Below are positions 40,097 to 50,045 of a stretch of 63,129 bases of DNA, piece after piece. The position numbers were made by a program, and so were the translations under genes. The stretch is from Candidatus Yanofskybacteria bacterium RIFCSPLOWO2_02_FULL_44_18 (GTDB lineage: Bacteria > Patescibacteriota > Minisyncoccia > 2-02-FULL-40-12 > GWA2-44-9). Positions within the stretch are counted from its first letter, which is position 1. The number at the start of each line of letters is the position of its first letter. The stretch is taken from assembly GCA_001794755.1 (NCBI GenBank), contig MGKT01000002.1:1-63129 (forward strand), written 5' to 3'. Below the pieces are notes generated by a model. The model made no database searches, had not been told where the DNA came from, and saw nothing but the letters and a program-made list of their open reading frames with translations.

Positions 40097-40531
40097 GTGA
40101 ATCTTGTCCAAGGAATGTCATACAGACTTGAAGGGAATTATTACTGGCCGCTTAGTCCAGTTCCGCGATTTTTTCAAGGCAAAATTACAATCCTATCGGA
40201 GTCACGATTTGAGGGACGTTTGATTGACGAGTATGGTGTTGCACGCGTGGAAGGTTGTTTTGATGGCTATTACATGGGATTTTTTAAAACCTATGATAAA
40301 GATCATCCCGCGTATCATGGAGGATCAACAATTCCGATTTCATACTCGCTTGATTTGAGCGAACTTGGAGGATGGGAAGGTCGTTTCACCTTTCCGGAAG
40401 ATGAAGATAAAGAGATGGGATTCGTGACAATGGTCGTTGTTCCTTGGTGTGACGACTGGATGTTGTTTGATGAAAGAACTAAAGATCGTCTTGTATTTGG
40501 AATAAGGACGTGGCATACCTGGTGCAGATAG
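40097..40531 (+). CDS. Orphan protein (about 144 aa) inserted between secY and adk
   Basis: SD GGAGG at 40086-40090 before GTG 40097; own terminator. Confidence 0.65.
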   Translation: MNLVQGMSYRLEGNYYWPLSPVPRFFQGKITILSESRFEGRLIDEYGVARVEGCFDGYYMGFFKTYDKDHPAYHGGSTIPISYSLDLSELGGWEGRFTFPEDEDKEMGFVTMVVVPWCDDWMLFDERTKDRLVFGIRTWHTWCR

Positions 40532-40532
40532 A

Positions 40533-40559
40533 GCGGCATAATGCCGCCTTTTTGTTTTT
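40533..40559 (+). terminator. Intrinsic terminator after the orphan gene
   Basis: GCGGCA-TAA-TGCCGC followed by CTTTTTGTTTTT. Confidence 0.75.
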
Positions 40560-40582
40560 GGGATACATGATAAGATAATCCT

Positions 40583-41251
40583 ATGCCTCAAAAAGTTATC
40601 ATTTTAATTGGGCCGCCGGGGTCGGGTAAAGACACCCAGGCTGATTTATTGGAAAAAGAGCCTGGGGTTGTACATCTAAAAAGTTCAAAAATAATTGAGG
40701 ATAATTTTCGTGCCGATCCGGAAAATCCGGAAATCAAAAAGCAAATTGAGATTAAGAATTCGGGCGGACTCGTTGACCCTCCTATGGTGCAGCGCTGGAT
40801 TAAAGAAGCCATAAATAAGACGCATTCCTCTGGGAGTGGAATTATTTTCAGCGGTTCTCCTAGGACATTGTTGGAAGCCGAGGAGGAGTTGCCAGTTCTT
40901 GAGTCTTTGTACGGCAAAGAAAATATTATCGGCCTGGATATTATTTTATCCGAAGACGAGTCTGTAAAGAGAAATAGTTCTCGTCGCGTTTGCAAAGCAA
41001 ATTCACACCCTGTTCCAAATTTTCCAGAGTATGACAATCTAACGGCTTGTCCTGAAGACGGTAGTGAAATAATAATAAGAGCTGATGATAATGTTGAAAC
41101 AGCAAAGCATCGATATAACGTTTATCTGGAACAGACAAAACCAGTAGTCGATTATTTGAAAAAAAATAATTTTCGCGTAGTCGACATTAACGGCGAACAA
41201 TCAATTGCCGATGTCCATCGCGATATATTAAACAGCTTGCATGATTCTTAA
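40583..41251 (+). CDS. adk: Adenylate kinase
   Basis: GPPGSGKDTQA P-loop, G.LV, GSPRT, LID, R.DD. Confidence 0.95.
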   Translation: MPQKVIILIGPPGSGKDTQADLLEKEPGVVHLKSSKIIEDNFRADPENPEIKKQIEIKNSGGLVDPPMVQRWIKEAINKTHSSGSGIIFSGSPRTLLEAEEELPVLESLYGKENIIGLDIILSEDESVKRNSSRRVCKANSHPVPNFPEYDNLTACPEDGSEIIIRADDNVETAKHRYNVYLEQTKPVVDYLKKNNFRVVDINGEQSIADVHRDILNSLHDS

Positions 41252-41984
41252 ATCGAAAAAAGAAATAGAAATAATGAAAGAAGGCGGCGTGATACTTGCC
41301 GAAATATTGAAAAAAATTTCGGCTGCGGTTCGACCCGGTATTGCCACGCATGATTTGGAAGAGCTCGCCCGTGAGCTTATCTTGTCCTATAAAGTAAAAT
41401 CTTCTTTTTTGGGGTACGATGACTATCCAGCTGTTTTGTGCACTTCGGTTAATGATGAAATTGTTCATGCTTTGCCCTCGGAGAGAATGTTAACAGACGG
41501 GGATTTATTAAAAATTGACACCGGAATTATATACAAAAATTTCCACACGGATACGGCCACGACATTAATTGTCGGTGAGGAAGCGAATCAGGAAAAAAAA
41601 GATTTGATTATCGTTACAAGGCAATCTTTGGAGAAGGGGATATCAAAAGCCCGACCGGGAAATACTCTGGGCGATATCGGATTTGCCGTTCAATCATTCG
41701 TCGAAAGTAAAGGTTTCAATGTTGTCAGAGATTTGGTCGGGCATGGCATCGGCCGCGACCTCCATGAAGCTCCGCAAGTTCCAAATTACGGCGAAGCCGG
41801 TAAAGGCGAGAAACTTCTGCCCGGAATGGTCATAGCTATCGAACCGATGGTCGTTACAGGGAGCTGGAAAATAAAAAACAGCCCTGACGGCTACGGTTTT
41901 ATGACAAAAGATGCCGGACTGGCCGCTCACTTTGAACATACCGTAGCCATAACCGAAAACGGCCCCCTCATTTTGACCTCTTGA
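41241..41984 (+). CDS. map: Methionine aminopeptidase type I
   Basis: CTSVND..VH, D.G, DTA.T, GHGIG, AIEPM, AHFEHTV. Confidence 0.97.
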   Translation: MILKSKKEIEIMKEGGVILAEILKKISAAVRPGIATHDLEELARELILSYKVKSSFLGYDDYPAVLCTSVNDEIVHALPSERMLTDGDLLKIDTGIIYKNFHTDTATTLIVGEEANQEKKDLIIVTRQSLEKGISKARPGNTLGDIGFAVQSFVESKGFNVVRDLVGHGIGRDLHEAPQVPNYGEAGKGEKLLPGMVIAIEPMVVTGSWKIKNSPDGYGFMTKDAGLAAHFEHTVAITENGPLILTS

Positions 41985-42081
41985 CTCTATAACTCATTTA
42001 TCATATAATATAAGATATTGAGCTCTCTTCATGTGGGCTTAATATGAGATTTTTAGCATTGTTACGCATATTTGAAACTCA

Positions 42082-42738
42082 ATGAAAATCACTAATTTCC
42101 AGCGGACGATGTTGGTTTTTCTTGCATCTTTTTTGACGCTCTTTTTCATATTTAATTTCCAGGAGATTTTTGCCTCGATATCCGGTAGTGTTGAAACGGA
42201 ACAGGAGAAAAACGAACGATTAACGGCCCAATTCAGGCAAATGTATGGATACTCGTCTCATCCGGAAATGGTCATGCAGGCCATGGCTCCGACCCCGCAT
42301 TCACTGCCCGTCGCCCAAAGCGTCACGAGCCAAGACGAATTATACATCCCCAAACTCGGCGTGAAAGTTCCCATAATTGTCGGGAGTTCTCCTGATTCAA
42401 GGCGCATCCTAGACGAGCTTCAAAGAGGAGTTGTTCTTTATCCCGGTTCAGCGGCTCCAGGTACTAATGGCACTTCGGTTATTATCGGCCATTCGTCTTC
42501 AACAATACCGAATAAGTTTGGTAGGGTGTTTGCCGGACTGGGGAAATTAAATAACGGCGATGTGGTTGTATTAAATCACGCCGGCCGCGAGTACACATAT
42601 ACCGTTAACACGAAAATGACAGGATCGGTTGACAATATAGCCCAAGCTGGTGTATCAGGTGATTTGATATTGGGAACTTGCTGGCCGATTGGAACTGACA
42701 AGGAAAGAATATTGGTGACGGCAAGTCTTGTAAGATAG
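42082..42738 (+). CDS. Sortase
   Basis: N-terminal TM; IIGHS (His), F..L.KL..GD, GTCWP (Cys), KERILV (Arg). Confidence 0.9.
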   Translation: MKITNFQRTMLVFLASFLTLFFIFNFQEIFASISGSVETEQEKNERLTAQFRQMYGYSSHPEMVMQAMAPTPHSLPVAQSVTSQDELYIPKLGVKVPIIVGSSPDSRRILDELQRGVVLYPGSAAPGTNGTSVIIGHSSSTIPNKFGRVFAGLGKLNNGDVVVLNHAGREYTYTVNTKMTGSVDNIAQAGVSGDLILGTCWPIGTDKERILVTASLVR

Positions 42739-42743
42739 CGGTG

Positions 42744-42787
42744 GCATGGCTATCAAAATTTAAATTCTAAAATTTTGATAGCCATGC
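42744..42787. repeat. Perfect 18-bp inverted repeat
   Basis: GCATGGCTATCAAAATTT / AAATTTTGATAGCCATGC with 8-nt spacer. Confidence 0.85.
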
Positions 42788-42827
42788 TCCTGCGTTTCGC
42801 AGAGCAGTAGTTCCTTGAGGAGGCACC

Positions 42828-43640
42828 ATGCGACGTGTCGCACTCGCACTCGCACTCGCGTTCGTGATTGTGGCGGCGAGCGCCGCCTGGGCCCAGGAAT
42901 CGTCGGAGAAGACCGAGCAGAAATACTTCAAGTGGCAAAAGCTGGGGGGCGACCCCTTCCTGCGCCTGCCGCGAACCGACGAGTCGCTCCAACTGATGTT
43001 CGACTCGAAGTCGAAAGTCTACGCGCGCGTGAAAAATCGCGTGCAGAAGATTTTCGGAACGGATGAGAAATTCTGGGAGGACCTCGTCACGCAAGTGCGC
43101 GAGAAGCAGTGGCTTATCGCGACTTTCGAAAAGGGCGAGCGCTTCGACACCCCCATGGCATACGGGAGCGGGATCACGACGAACCCGCCCGAGATTGCCG
43201 GTGACTTCAAGATGGAATCCTGGGTGATTCCCATGGGCGATATCAATGTTGTTGTGGGCAAAGATTGCCACAACATCGTTGGCAAGAAGCCGGTTCCATC
43301 TATCGTCGAGGAAGCGCAGAAGTTCATCGACGAATCGTTGAGCAATCGACCGCCGGAACCATTTCCGATTCCAAGGCCGCCTCGCCTGAGGATTCCGGAA
43401 GAGCCGGTGCAGCGCGAGCCACCGCCGCAACCGCCATTCCGACCCACACCCGAGCGCGAGAAGCGGATCAAGGGCGGGACTGTGGCGCTGATTGTCGCCG
43501 GTATCGTCGGTGGCGCGCTGGCCGCCTGGCGATTGGGTGGTGACGATAGCGTCGGCAAGATCGATCCGGGAACGGGTCGACGGCCGACGACGGCTCGGTC
43601 CACGACCGGAGCTCGGATATCGATTCGATTCGGTCGTTGA
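42828..43640 (+). CDS. High-GC secreted/membrane hypothetical protein (270 aa), likely horizontally acquired
   Basis: SD GAGGAGG; signal peptide ending AWA; Pro-rich linker; C-terminal TM; GC visibly above flanks. Confidence 0.7.
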   Translation: MRRVALALALAFVIVAASAAWAQESSEKTEQKYFKWQKLGGDPFLRLPRTDESLQLMFDSKSKVYARVKNRVQKIFGTDEKFWEDLVTQVREKQWLIATFEKGERFDTPMAYGSGITTNPPEIAGDFKMESWVIPMGDINVVVGKDCHNIVGKKPVPSIVEEAQKFIDESLSNRPPEPFPIPRPPRLRIPEEPVQREPPPQPPFRPTPEREKRIKGGTVALIVAGIVGGALAAWRLGGDDSVGKIDPGTGRRPTTARSTTGARISIRFGR

Positions 43641-43739
43641 CGAGGGGAGGGCAAGCCGCCGCCGCGGTAAGCCCTCCCAAATTTAATCTTTAGAATAGGA
43701 GAGCCGACAAGCCCTGTTATTCTAAAAATTAAATAAAAA

Positions 43740-45842
43740 ATGACAAACATTTTCAAGAATATATTTGGTCGAGAGTCAGGAACAAAGAAAATATTAATCC
43801 TGTCAGTTTTGGCGGGCGCTTTGGTTATCGGAGCGTCGTTTGCTTTGCAAATGACTTCTTCGAGCGCGTTTACGGATTGTCCTCCGCTTGAAGCAAGCAA
43901 TTGGAGATTCTTTCCGATGGCCTTTGCCATGCCCTGTCCCGATGAAGATGCAGGCGACTCCAGCGGTGGAGGCGGTGATGTGTCCTCAAATGGTGGCCAA
44001 TCCGGTCCCATTGAAACGGATTGCGGCATAGTCGAATCTGAAACAGGCCCGATATTAAATCGTTTTCCGATATCCAATTCAGGCGCGAACTGCACTGACT
44101 TTTCTCTCTTAGCCGCAAAGAATGTTTCTCGAGGCGGTGACTGGGTCAACGGCGGCCAAGTACAGGCTTCAGCAGGCGATACTATTAAATTTGATATTTA
44201 CGTCCATAACGGCGCCGTTGATAAAAATTTCAACGTGGCTCGAAATCTTAATATCAGAGTTTCACTGCCGAACGGATCTGGCACGGTTACGGCTCAAGCA
44301 TGGGCTGATAACGCTGGCGCGATTACGAGCGATGAGAAGGGCGGCAATGTTCAGTTGATGCTCGGCAACGGCGAAAGACTGGAAATAGTTTCCGGATCGG
44401 GAAAAATATACGACCGAGAATCCAATCTTCTTTCTTCTGATATTTCCGTAGAAAGCATTGTCGGCACCGGTTTGTCGCTTGGCGACATGCGCGGCTGTTT
44501 TGAATATGCAAGACAAGTAACATTTGAAGTTCGGGTTTTACCAGCGCAAGTGATACAGACGCCGACACCGACTCCCCAGCCATTATCAAACGGGGCAATC
44601 TGTGTAGATATTGCTGTTCCGTCCAATGTTACTGCTGGCCAGCAATTTTCAGCCGTTGTTAAAATGAGAAATACGGGTACGACCACGTGGACCAGCGGCG
44701 AGAGATATAAGCTGGGCTCGCAAAATCCGGAAAATAACACAATTTGGAGAGACGGACGAGTGGCCTTGCCACAATCAATCATGCCGGGCCAGGAAGCGGT
44801 ATTCAATTTTACGAATACGGCGCCAAATACGACCGGAGCCTATACTTTCAGCTGGAGAATGCTTCAGGAAGATCCAAACGGACAATGGTTCGGTTCGACA
44901 TGCTCCAGAACGATATTTGTAAATCCGGCGCCAACTCCTTTGGTAGTTTCTACCCCGACTCCGACTCCGACACCCACCCCTACTCCGACCCCAACCCCGA
45001 CGCCGACACCTTCGGTTACACCTACTCCAACACCTACGCCCACACCCACACCTACCCCAACCCCGACGCCTTCGGTTACTCCCACCCCGACCCCGACTCC
45101 GACACCGACAATTTCGTGTCCATCAGGATACCAGCAAACTATTCAAAACAATGTGATTGTGTGTATTGCTAATGTAAATAACAACAATAACACCAATACA
45201 AATAACAACACGAATAATAACAATCCGGTAATCAATATTACCTATCCGGTTTTGCATCCAACCCCAACACCCACTCCGACCCCCACACCGACCCCGGTTC
45301 CTCAAGTCGGTTTGGTAATTCAAAAATATGAAAGAAATATTTCGCAGGGCCAGAACGCGAATTACACGACTATATCCGCCCGCAACGGAGAGACAATCCA
45401 GTTCGATACCAGAGTTTGGAATAATTCCAACACGACGCTTTACAATGTCATTGTAACTGATCCGATTTCCGGATATCTCACATATGTAAATAACAGCACA
45501 AGCGTGAACGGCAATCAGGTTGGAAACGGCATCACGAGCGGCGGTATCAACATCGGCACATTGAATCCGGGACAAGAAACATGGATTAGATTCTTCGTGA
45601 CTGTGAATTCCTCAATCGTGACTCAAATCAACAATGTATCGCAAGCCAGAGCGGATAATCTTGGCACTGTAAATTCAAATCCGGTGTACATTAATTTGAA
45701 CGCCAATATCATTACCGGCGCCATAAGAATAAGAACCGGCGCTGTCGGCGGCATGACCATTCCATTCCTCGGTTCGCTCGCTTCGGCGGCCGGATACGCA
45801 TGGTTCTCGCGAAAGAAAATACTGCTGGATTTGATGGCTTAA
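43740..45842 (+). CDS. 700-aa cell-surface protein (NBR1-Ig-like and DUF11-like domains, PT repeats, sortase-type C-terminal signal)
   Basis: [11 protein letters not shown]...L...I.PG....F...AP...G.Y...WRM; (PT)n; Asn-rich stretch; IRTG + hydrophobic helix + RKK. Confidence 0.85.
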   Translation: MTNIFKNIFGRESGTKKILILSVLAGALVIGASFALQMTSSSAFTDCPPLEASNWRFFPMAFAMPCPDEDAGDSSGGGGDVSSNGGQSGPIETDCGIVESETGPILNRFPISNSGANCTDFSLLAAKNVSRGGDWVNGGQVQASAGDTIKFDIYVHNGAVDKNFNVARNLNIRVSLPNGSGTVTAQAWADNAGAITSDEKGGNVQLMLGNGERLEIVSGSGKIYDRESNLLSSDISVESIVGTGLSLGDMRGCFEYARQVTFEVRVLPAQVIQTPTPTPQPLSNGAICVDIAVPSNVTAGQQFSAVVKMRNTGTTTWTSGERYKLGSQNPENNTIWRDGRVALPQSIMPGQEAVFNFTNTAPNTTGAYTFSWRMLQEDPNGQWFGSTCSRTIFVNPAPTPLVVSTPTPTPTPTPTPTPTPTPTPSVTPTPTPTPTPTPTPTPTPSVTPTPTPTPTPTISCPSGYQQTIQNNVIVCIANVNNNNNTNTNNNTNNNNPVINITYPVLHPTPTPTPTPTPTPVPQVGLVIQKYERNISQGQNANYTTISARNGETIQFDTRVWNNSNTTLYNVIVTDPISGYLTYVNNSTSVNGNQVGNGITSGGINIGTLNPGQETWIRFFVTVNSSIVTQINNVSQARADNLGTVNSNPVYINLNANIITGAIRIRTGAVGGMTIPFLGSLASAAGYAWFSRKKILLDLMA
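44951..45110 (+). repeat. Pro-Thr coding tandem repeat (linker)
   Basis: Degenerate hexamer array encoding (TP)n with two SV interruptions; shorter copy near 45259-45298. Confidence 0.9.
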
Positions 45843-45850
45843 ACACATAT

Positions 45851-45879
45851 TAAAACTCCGCTTAAAAGGCGGAGTTTTA
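45851..45879. terminator. Intrinsic terminator after the surface protein gene
   Basis: TAAAACTCCGC / GCGGAGTTTTA stem. Confidence 0.8.
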
Positions 45880-45907
45880 ATATGTGCACATGATACCCAC
45901 ACCGGGT

Positions 45908-45937
45908 TTGACATGGTTCGGCCGCCTCTGATATACT
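45908..45937 (+). promoter_or_regulatory. Sigma70 promoter upstream of the 23S rRNA leader
   Basis: TTGACA - 18 bp - TATACT with TG extension. Confidence 0.7.
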
Positions 45938-47424
45938 ACCCTTACTAAATACATGAATACTTCAAGACAACTTCGACTCAAACGCGGCTAGGAACCATGG
46001 GGATTAGTATGCTCTGAAAAAGCCGCGCCAAACGCGGTTTTTCATTGTCTAGGGAATCTGTGATTGGCTTTCGGCGATAGGTTTGAAGACTCTTCGCGGA
46101 AAGCTAATGGATAGAATCTTGAAAATTAATGATAGCGGGTTAGTAAATCTTATAAAGTTGAACTTTATAAGGAATCATATAAGTATCATTCGTCTTTATG
46201 TTACTCATTAAAGAATTAAGGGCGTATGGAGGATGCCTTGACACGAAAGAGCGAAGAAGGTCGTGGCGTGACTGCGATAAGCTTCGGGGAGCCGTCTAGC
46301 GGGCTTTGATCCGGAGATGACCGAATGGGGGAACCCCATCGAGCAAACCTCGATGACCCGGCGCAAGCTGGGAGCGTACCTGGCGAAGTGAAACATCTCA
46401 GTAGCCAGAGGAAAAGAAATCAACAAGATTCCCTTAGTAGCGGCGAGCGAAAAGGGATAAGCCTAAACTTTTTTAACGCAAGTTAAAAAGGGGTAATAAG
46501 GATAGAACACTTGAATTTTTATCGTTGCGCTTTCGAAGGCAGCGGTAAAAATTTGAAAGAAGTTACAAATTCCAAAGTTAGCAGAACGGCCTTGGAACAG
46601 CCGGCCAAAGAAGGTGATAGCCCTGTAAGCGAAAACTTCTGGAACTTCTGTTTTATTGCGGCGCAAGCCGCCTTGCTTGAGTAGCCCGGGATAAGAATGT
46701 CCTGGGTGAATTTGCCCATACTACTGGGTAAGGCTAAATATCTTTCGTGATCGATAGTGAACCAGTACCGTGAGGGAAAGGTGAAAAGCACCCCGGTGAG
46801 GGGAGTGAAATAGCAACTGAAACCATATGCCTACAAAGAGCGGAAGTCCTTCGGCGGCAGCAATGCCGTCTGGGATGACCGTGTGCCTATTGAAGAATGA
46901 CCCAACGAGTTTATCCAAATTGCTCTATAAGTGCCTCTGGCACGTATGGAAAGGGAAACCGAGTGTTAAAAGCGCGTATTAGAACTAAATAAAATTTTCT
47001 TTAAAAAGAAAGTTTTAATAGTTCTAGAAGCAGTTTGGGTAAGACCCGAAGCCAGGCGAGCTAACCATGCCCAGGATGAAGGTTGTCGAAAGACAACTGG
47101 AGGTCCGAACTGGTTGGTAGCGCAATACCATCGGATGAGGTGTGGTTCGTAGTGAAAAGCTTATCGAGCCTGGTAATAGCTGGTTCTCCCCGAAATGCCT
47201 TTAGGGGCAGCGGCGGATTGTAGTTGAGGGGGTAGAGCACTGATTGGTTTGCCGTGCCCGCAAGGGTAGGCTTACCAAATAAACTCCGAATACCTCAGCG
47301 TAATTTCCGCCAGTGAGTAAGCGAGGGCAAAGCTTCGTTTACGCGAGGGAAACAGCCCAGATCATCAATTAAGGTCCCAAAATCTATGCTAAGTGAAAAG
47401 GAAGTATTCTGCCTTAGACAGGTA

Positions 47425-47474
<50 letters not shown>

Positions 47475-47553
47475 TACTCGATTTCGCCGCAAGGCGACGA
47501 GGCAGGATGCGCCGAAAATTTATAGGGGCTAAGCATAGTACCGAAATTATGGG

Positions 47554-47710
47554 TTTGATGATTTCGAAAAGGATTTGTGGTGCCGTAGCTCAGTCAGAGC
47601 ACTGGGTCCCGGGCCCAGAGGTCGACGGTTCAAATCCGTCCGGCGCCACCAACCTGTCGGATTAAAATCAGGCGAGACCTGATAATCCGATCTTTTTCGA
47701 AATCATCAAG
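47554..47710 (+). other. Intervening sequence in 23S helix 45
   Basis: Replaces h45 between CCGAA..GGG and GGTAGGGGAGC; about 20-bp closing stem TTTGATGATTTCGAAAAGGA / TCTTTTTCGAAATCATCAAG. Confidence 0.85.
47579..47651 (+). ncRNA. tRNA-like cloverleaf with CCA end (nominal anticodon CCG) embedded in the 23S IVS
   Basis: GGTGCCG/CGGCGCC acceptor + ACCA; GCTC/GAGC D-stem; CTGGG/CCCAG anticodon stem; GACGG-TTCAAAT-CCGTC T-arm; lacks G18G19 and U33. Confidence 0.85.
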
Positions 47711-49011
47711 CGGTAGGGGAGCATTCTGATTGCTGTGAAGGTGAACTGTGAAGTTTGCTGGAGCGTTCAGAAGGGAGAATGTTGGGATGAGTAACCGCAA
47801 GTGGCGTGAAAACCGCCACCGCCGAAAGCCTAAGGTTTCCTCCGCGATGTCAATCATCGGAGGGTTAGGCGTCCCTAAGCGTAACCTAGCTTGCGGGCTA
47901 GGGATCGCGATGGTGAGCCGGTTAATATTCCGGCCCCGCTTACATATTCGAAGGAGTGACGGGCTAAATTAGATCGAGCGCATTATTGGATTTGACGTCT
48001 TTGCTCATAGAGTGGGAACCAGGCAAATCCGGTTCCAGCCGAAAGGCGCACTCGAGAGTGAAAGAAATGGCCGTTAGGCCAGATTCGATTGACGAGGGCT
48101 CCAAGAAAAGCTTCTAAGATTAATATGTAAGCGCACGTACCGAAAACCGAAACAGGTGGGCTGGTGTAAGTGCACCAAGGCGAACGGGTGATTATTGGCT
48201 AAGGAACTCGGCAAAAAAGCGGCCGTAAGTTCGCGATAAGGCCTTCCCCAGCTAACGCAAGTTAGATGGGGACGCAGCTAAAGACCCTCTGGCGACTGTT
48301 TATCAAAAACACAACTCCGTGCTAAGCCGTAAGGCGCTGTATACGGGGTGACGCTTGTCCGGTGCCGGAACGTTAACGGTGAAGGTGGCGGGTAGCAATA
48401 CCCTCTGCCAACGCCCGAAGCGCCGGTGAACGACGGCAGTAACTATAACTGTCTAAAAGTAGCAAAATACCTTGTGGGGTAAGTTCCCACGCGCATGAAT
48501 AGCGGAACGACTGGAGGACTGTCTCAGCCAATAGCCCGGTGAAAATGCAATGTCGGTAAAGATGCCGACTACCCGCACCTAGACGGAAAGACCCCGGAAG
48601 CTTTACTGTAGCTTGGTATTGGTCTATGGGTTTTAATGCGTAGCGTAGTGGGTACACTTTGAAGCGTCTCTCTCGGGAGACGTGGAGTGGCCAATGAAAC
48701 ACCCATCTTTAAAATCTATAGCTCTAACCGGTGACACCCTAAAAGCGTGAAATGAAAATTTCAAATTTTTAGGGTTTCATCGAGACAGTGCCTGGCGGGC
48801 AGTTTTTGTGGGGCACAATCCTCCTAAAAGGTAATGGAGGAGTTCATCAAGGTTGGCTAGCTCCGGATGGAAATCGGAGCGATAGTGTAAAGGCACAAGC
48901 CAGCTTAACTGCAAGGCGGATATGCCGCGCAGATGCGAAAGCAGGACCTAGTGAACCGACCGTGGCTCGTAGGAGCGCGGAAGATCATCAGATAAAAGCT
49001 ACTCCGGGGAT

Positions 49012-49919
49012 AAACTCTGCGTAACACATACATAATTTTGTGTTACAATAAGAGTATGTTGTCCCGTTTGTCCGTAAGGACAAACATGATTACGGCTTAT
49101 AACGAAGAACCTATAGAACGGTCTTTCCTGTGCGAAAGCACATTTCTCTTCTATAGCAACCTCGTGGGAAGTCGTGAGCGTCTTGAATCTAAACAAAACA
49201 CAATTAGCTGTAATTTACGGCTCAATTATGGGCGATGCTTATTTGCAGTCCAACGGCACGAATGCCAGATTGCGATTTGAACATTCTCTTAATCAAGAGC
49301 AGTACGTTGTTTGGAAATTTAATTTCCTAAAGAATATATTTTCAGATTCGGCTATTGTAAAAATTAACAGGATTCATCCTAAAACCAAGCAAGAATATAA
49401 ATACGTTCGATGCCAATCTAAAACATTGCCGGAATTGAAGAAAATTAAAGTTATTTTCTATCCAGCGGGCAAAAAGATTGTGCCGTTAAGTATTAAAAAG
49501 TATTTGATAGAACCTATTTCTCTTGCGGTGTGGTTTATGGATGACGGATATTATTATCTTAGAGATAAATGCGGATATTTATATCTTGGAAATATAACGA
49601 AAGAAGAAGCTGAAGTTTGCAGCGATACCTTGCAGAATAATTTTAATCTAAAAACTAAGGTTCTAGCAAAGAAAAAAGGGTATGCGTTATATTTTTCAAG
49701 ATTAGAGATGTTAAAACTCAAAAAAGTAGTTTCTGAATTCATGATCCCAATGTTTAGATACAAGTTACCTCATTGACCCCGTAACGACTTGTTCTGGGTA
49801 CAGTTTTTAAAAACTGGCCAGACTTATAGCCCCCATTCATTAATGGCTATAATACGCCGTCTCCAGTCTTTTTACAGAAAAAGCTGGATGAAGATATAGT
49901 CTAATACATTAATGTATTG
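49012..49919 (+). mobile_element. Group I intron 1 at about U2449 (E. coli numbering) with homing endonuclease gene
   Basis: Splits GGGAT/AACAGGCT; IGS GTTGTCCC (49058-49065) gives a U.G pair; R (CCGTAACGACT) and S (GAAGATATAGTCT) elements; terminal G. Confidence 0.92.
49174..49776 (+). CDS. LAGLIDADG homing endonuclease (intron 1)
   Basis: IYGSIMGDAYL and LAVWFMDDG motifs. Confidence 0.93.
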   Translation: MSVLNLNKTQLAVIYGSIMGDAYLQSNGTNARLRFEHSLNQEQYVVWKFNFLKNIFSDSAIVKINRIHPKTKQEYKYVRCQSKTLPELKKIKVIFYPAGKKIVPLSIKKYLIEPISLAVWFMDDGYYYLRDKCGYLYLGNITKEEAEVCSDTLQNNFNLKTKVLAKKKGYALYFSRLEMLKLKKVVSEFMIPMFRYKLPH

Positions 49920-50045
49920 AACAGGCTGGTACCGCCCGAGCGTCCTTAGCGACGGCGGTGTTCGGCACCTCGATGTCGGCTCGGCTTATCCTGGGACTGA
50001 AGAAGGCCCCAAGGGTTTGGCTGTTCGCCAATTAAAAAGCTACGC

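Noticed and set aside
42753-44149. Long minus-strand ORFs (225 aa and 376 aa)
   Set aside because: They are antisense shadows of GC-rich plus-strand genes, with no SD or motifs.
44951-45300. Tandem repeats as a CRISPR or non-coding array
   Set aside because: They are in-frame, synonymously diverged Pro-Thr codons with no spacers.
47579-47651. Annotation as an ordinary functional tRNA-Arg(CCG)
   Set aside because: C33, the missing D-loop GG and the self-pairing anticodon loop make normal decoding doubtful. Kept as tRNA-like only.
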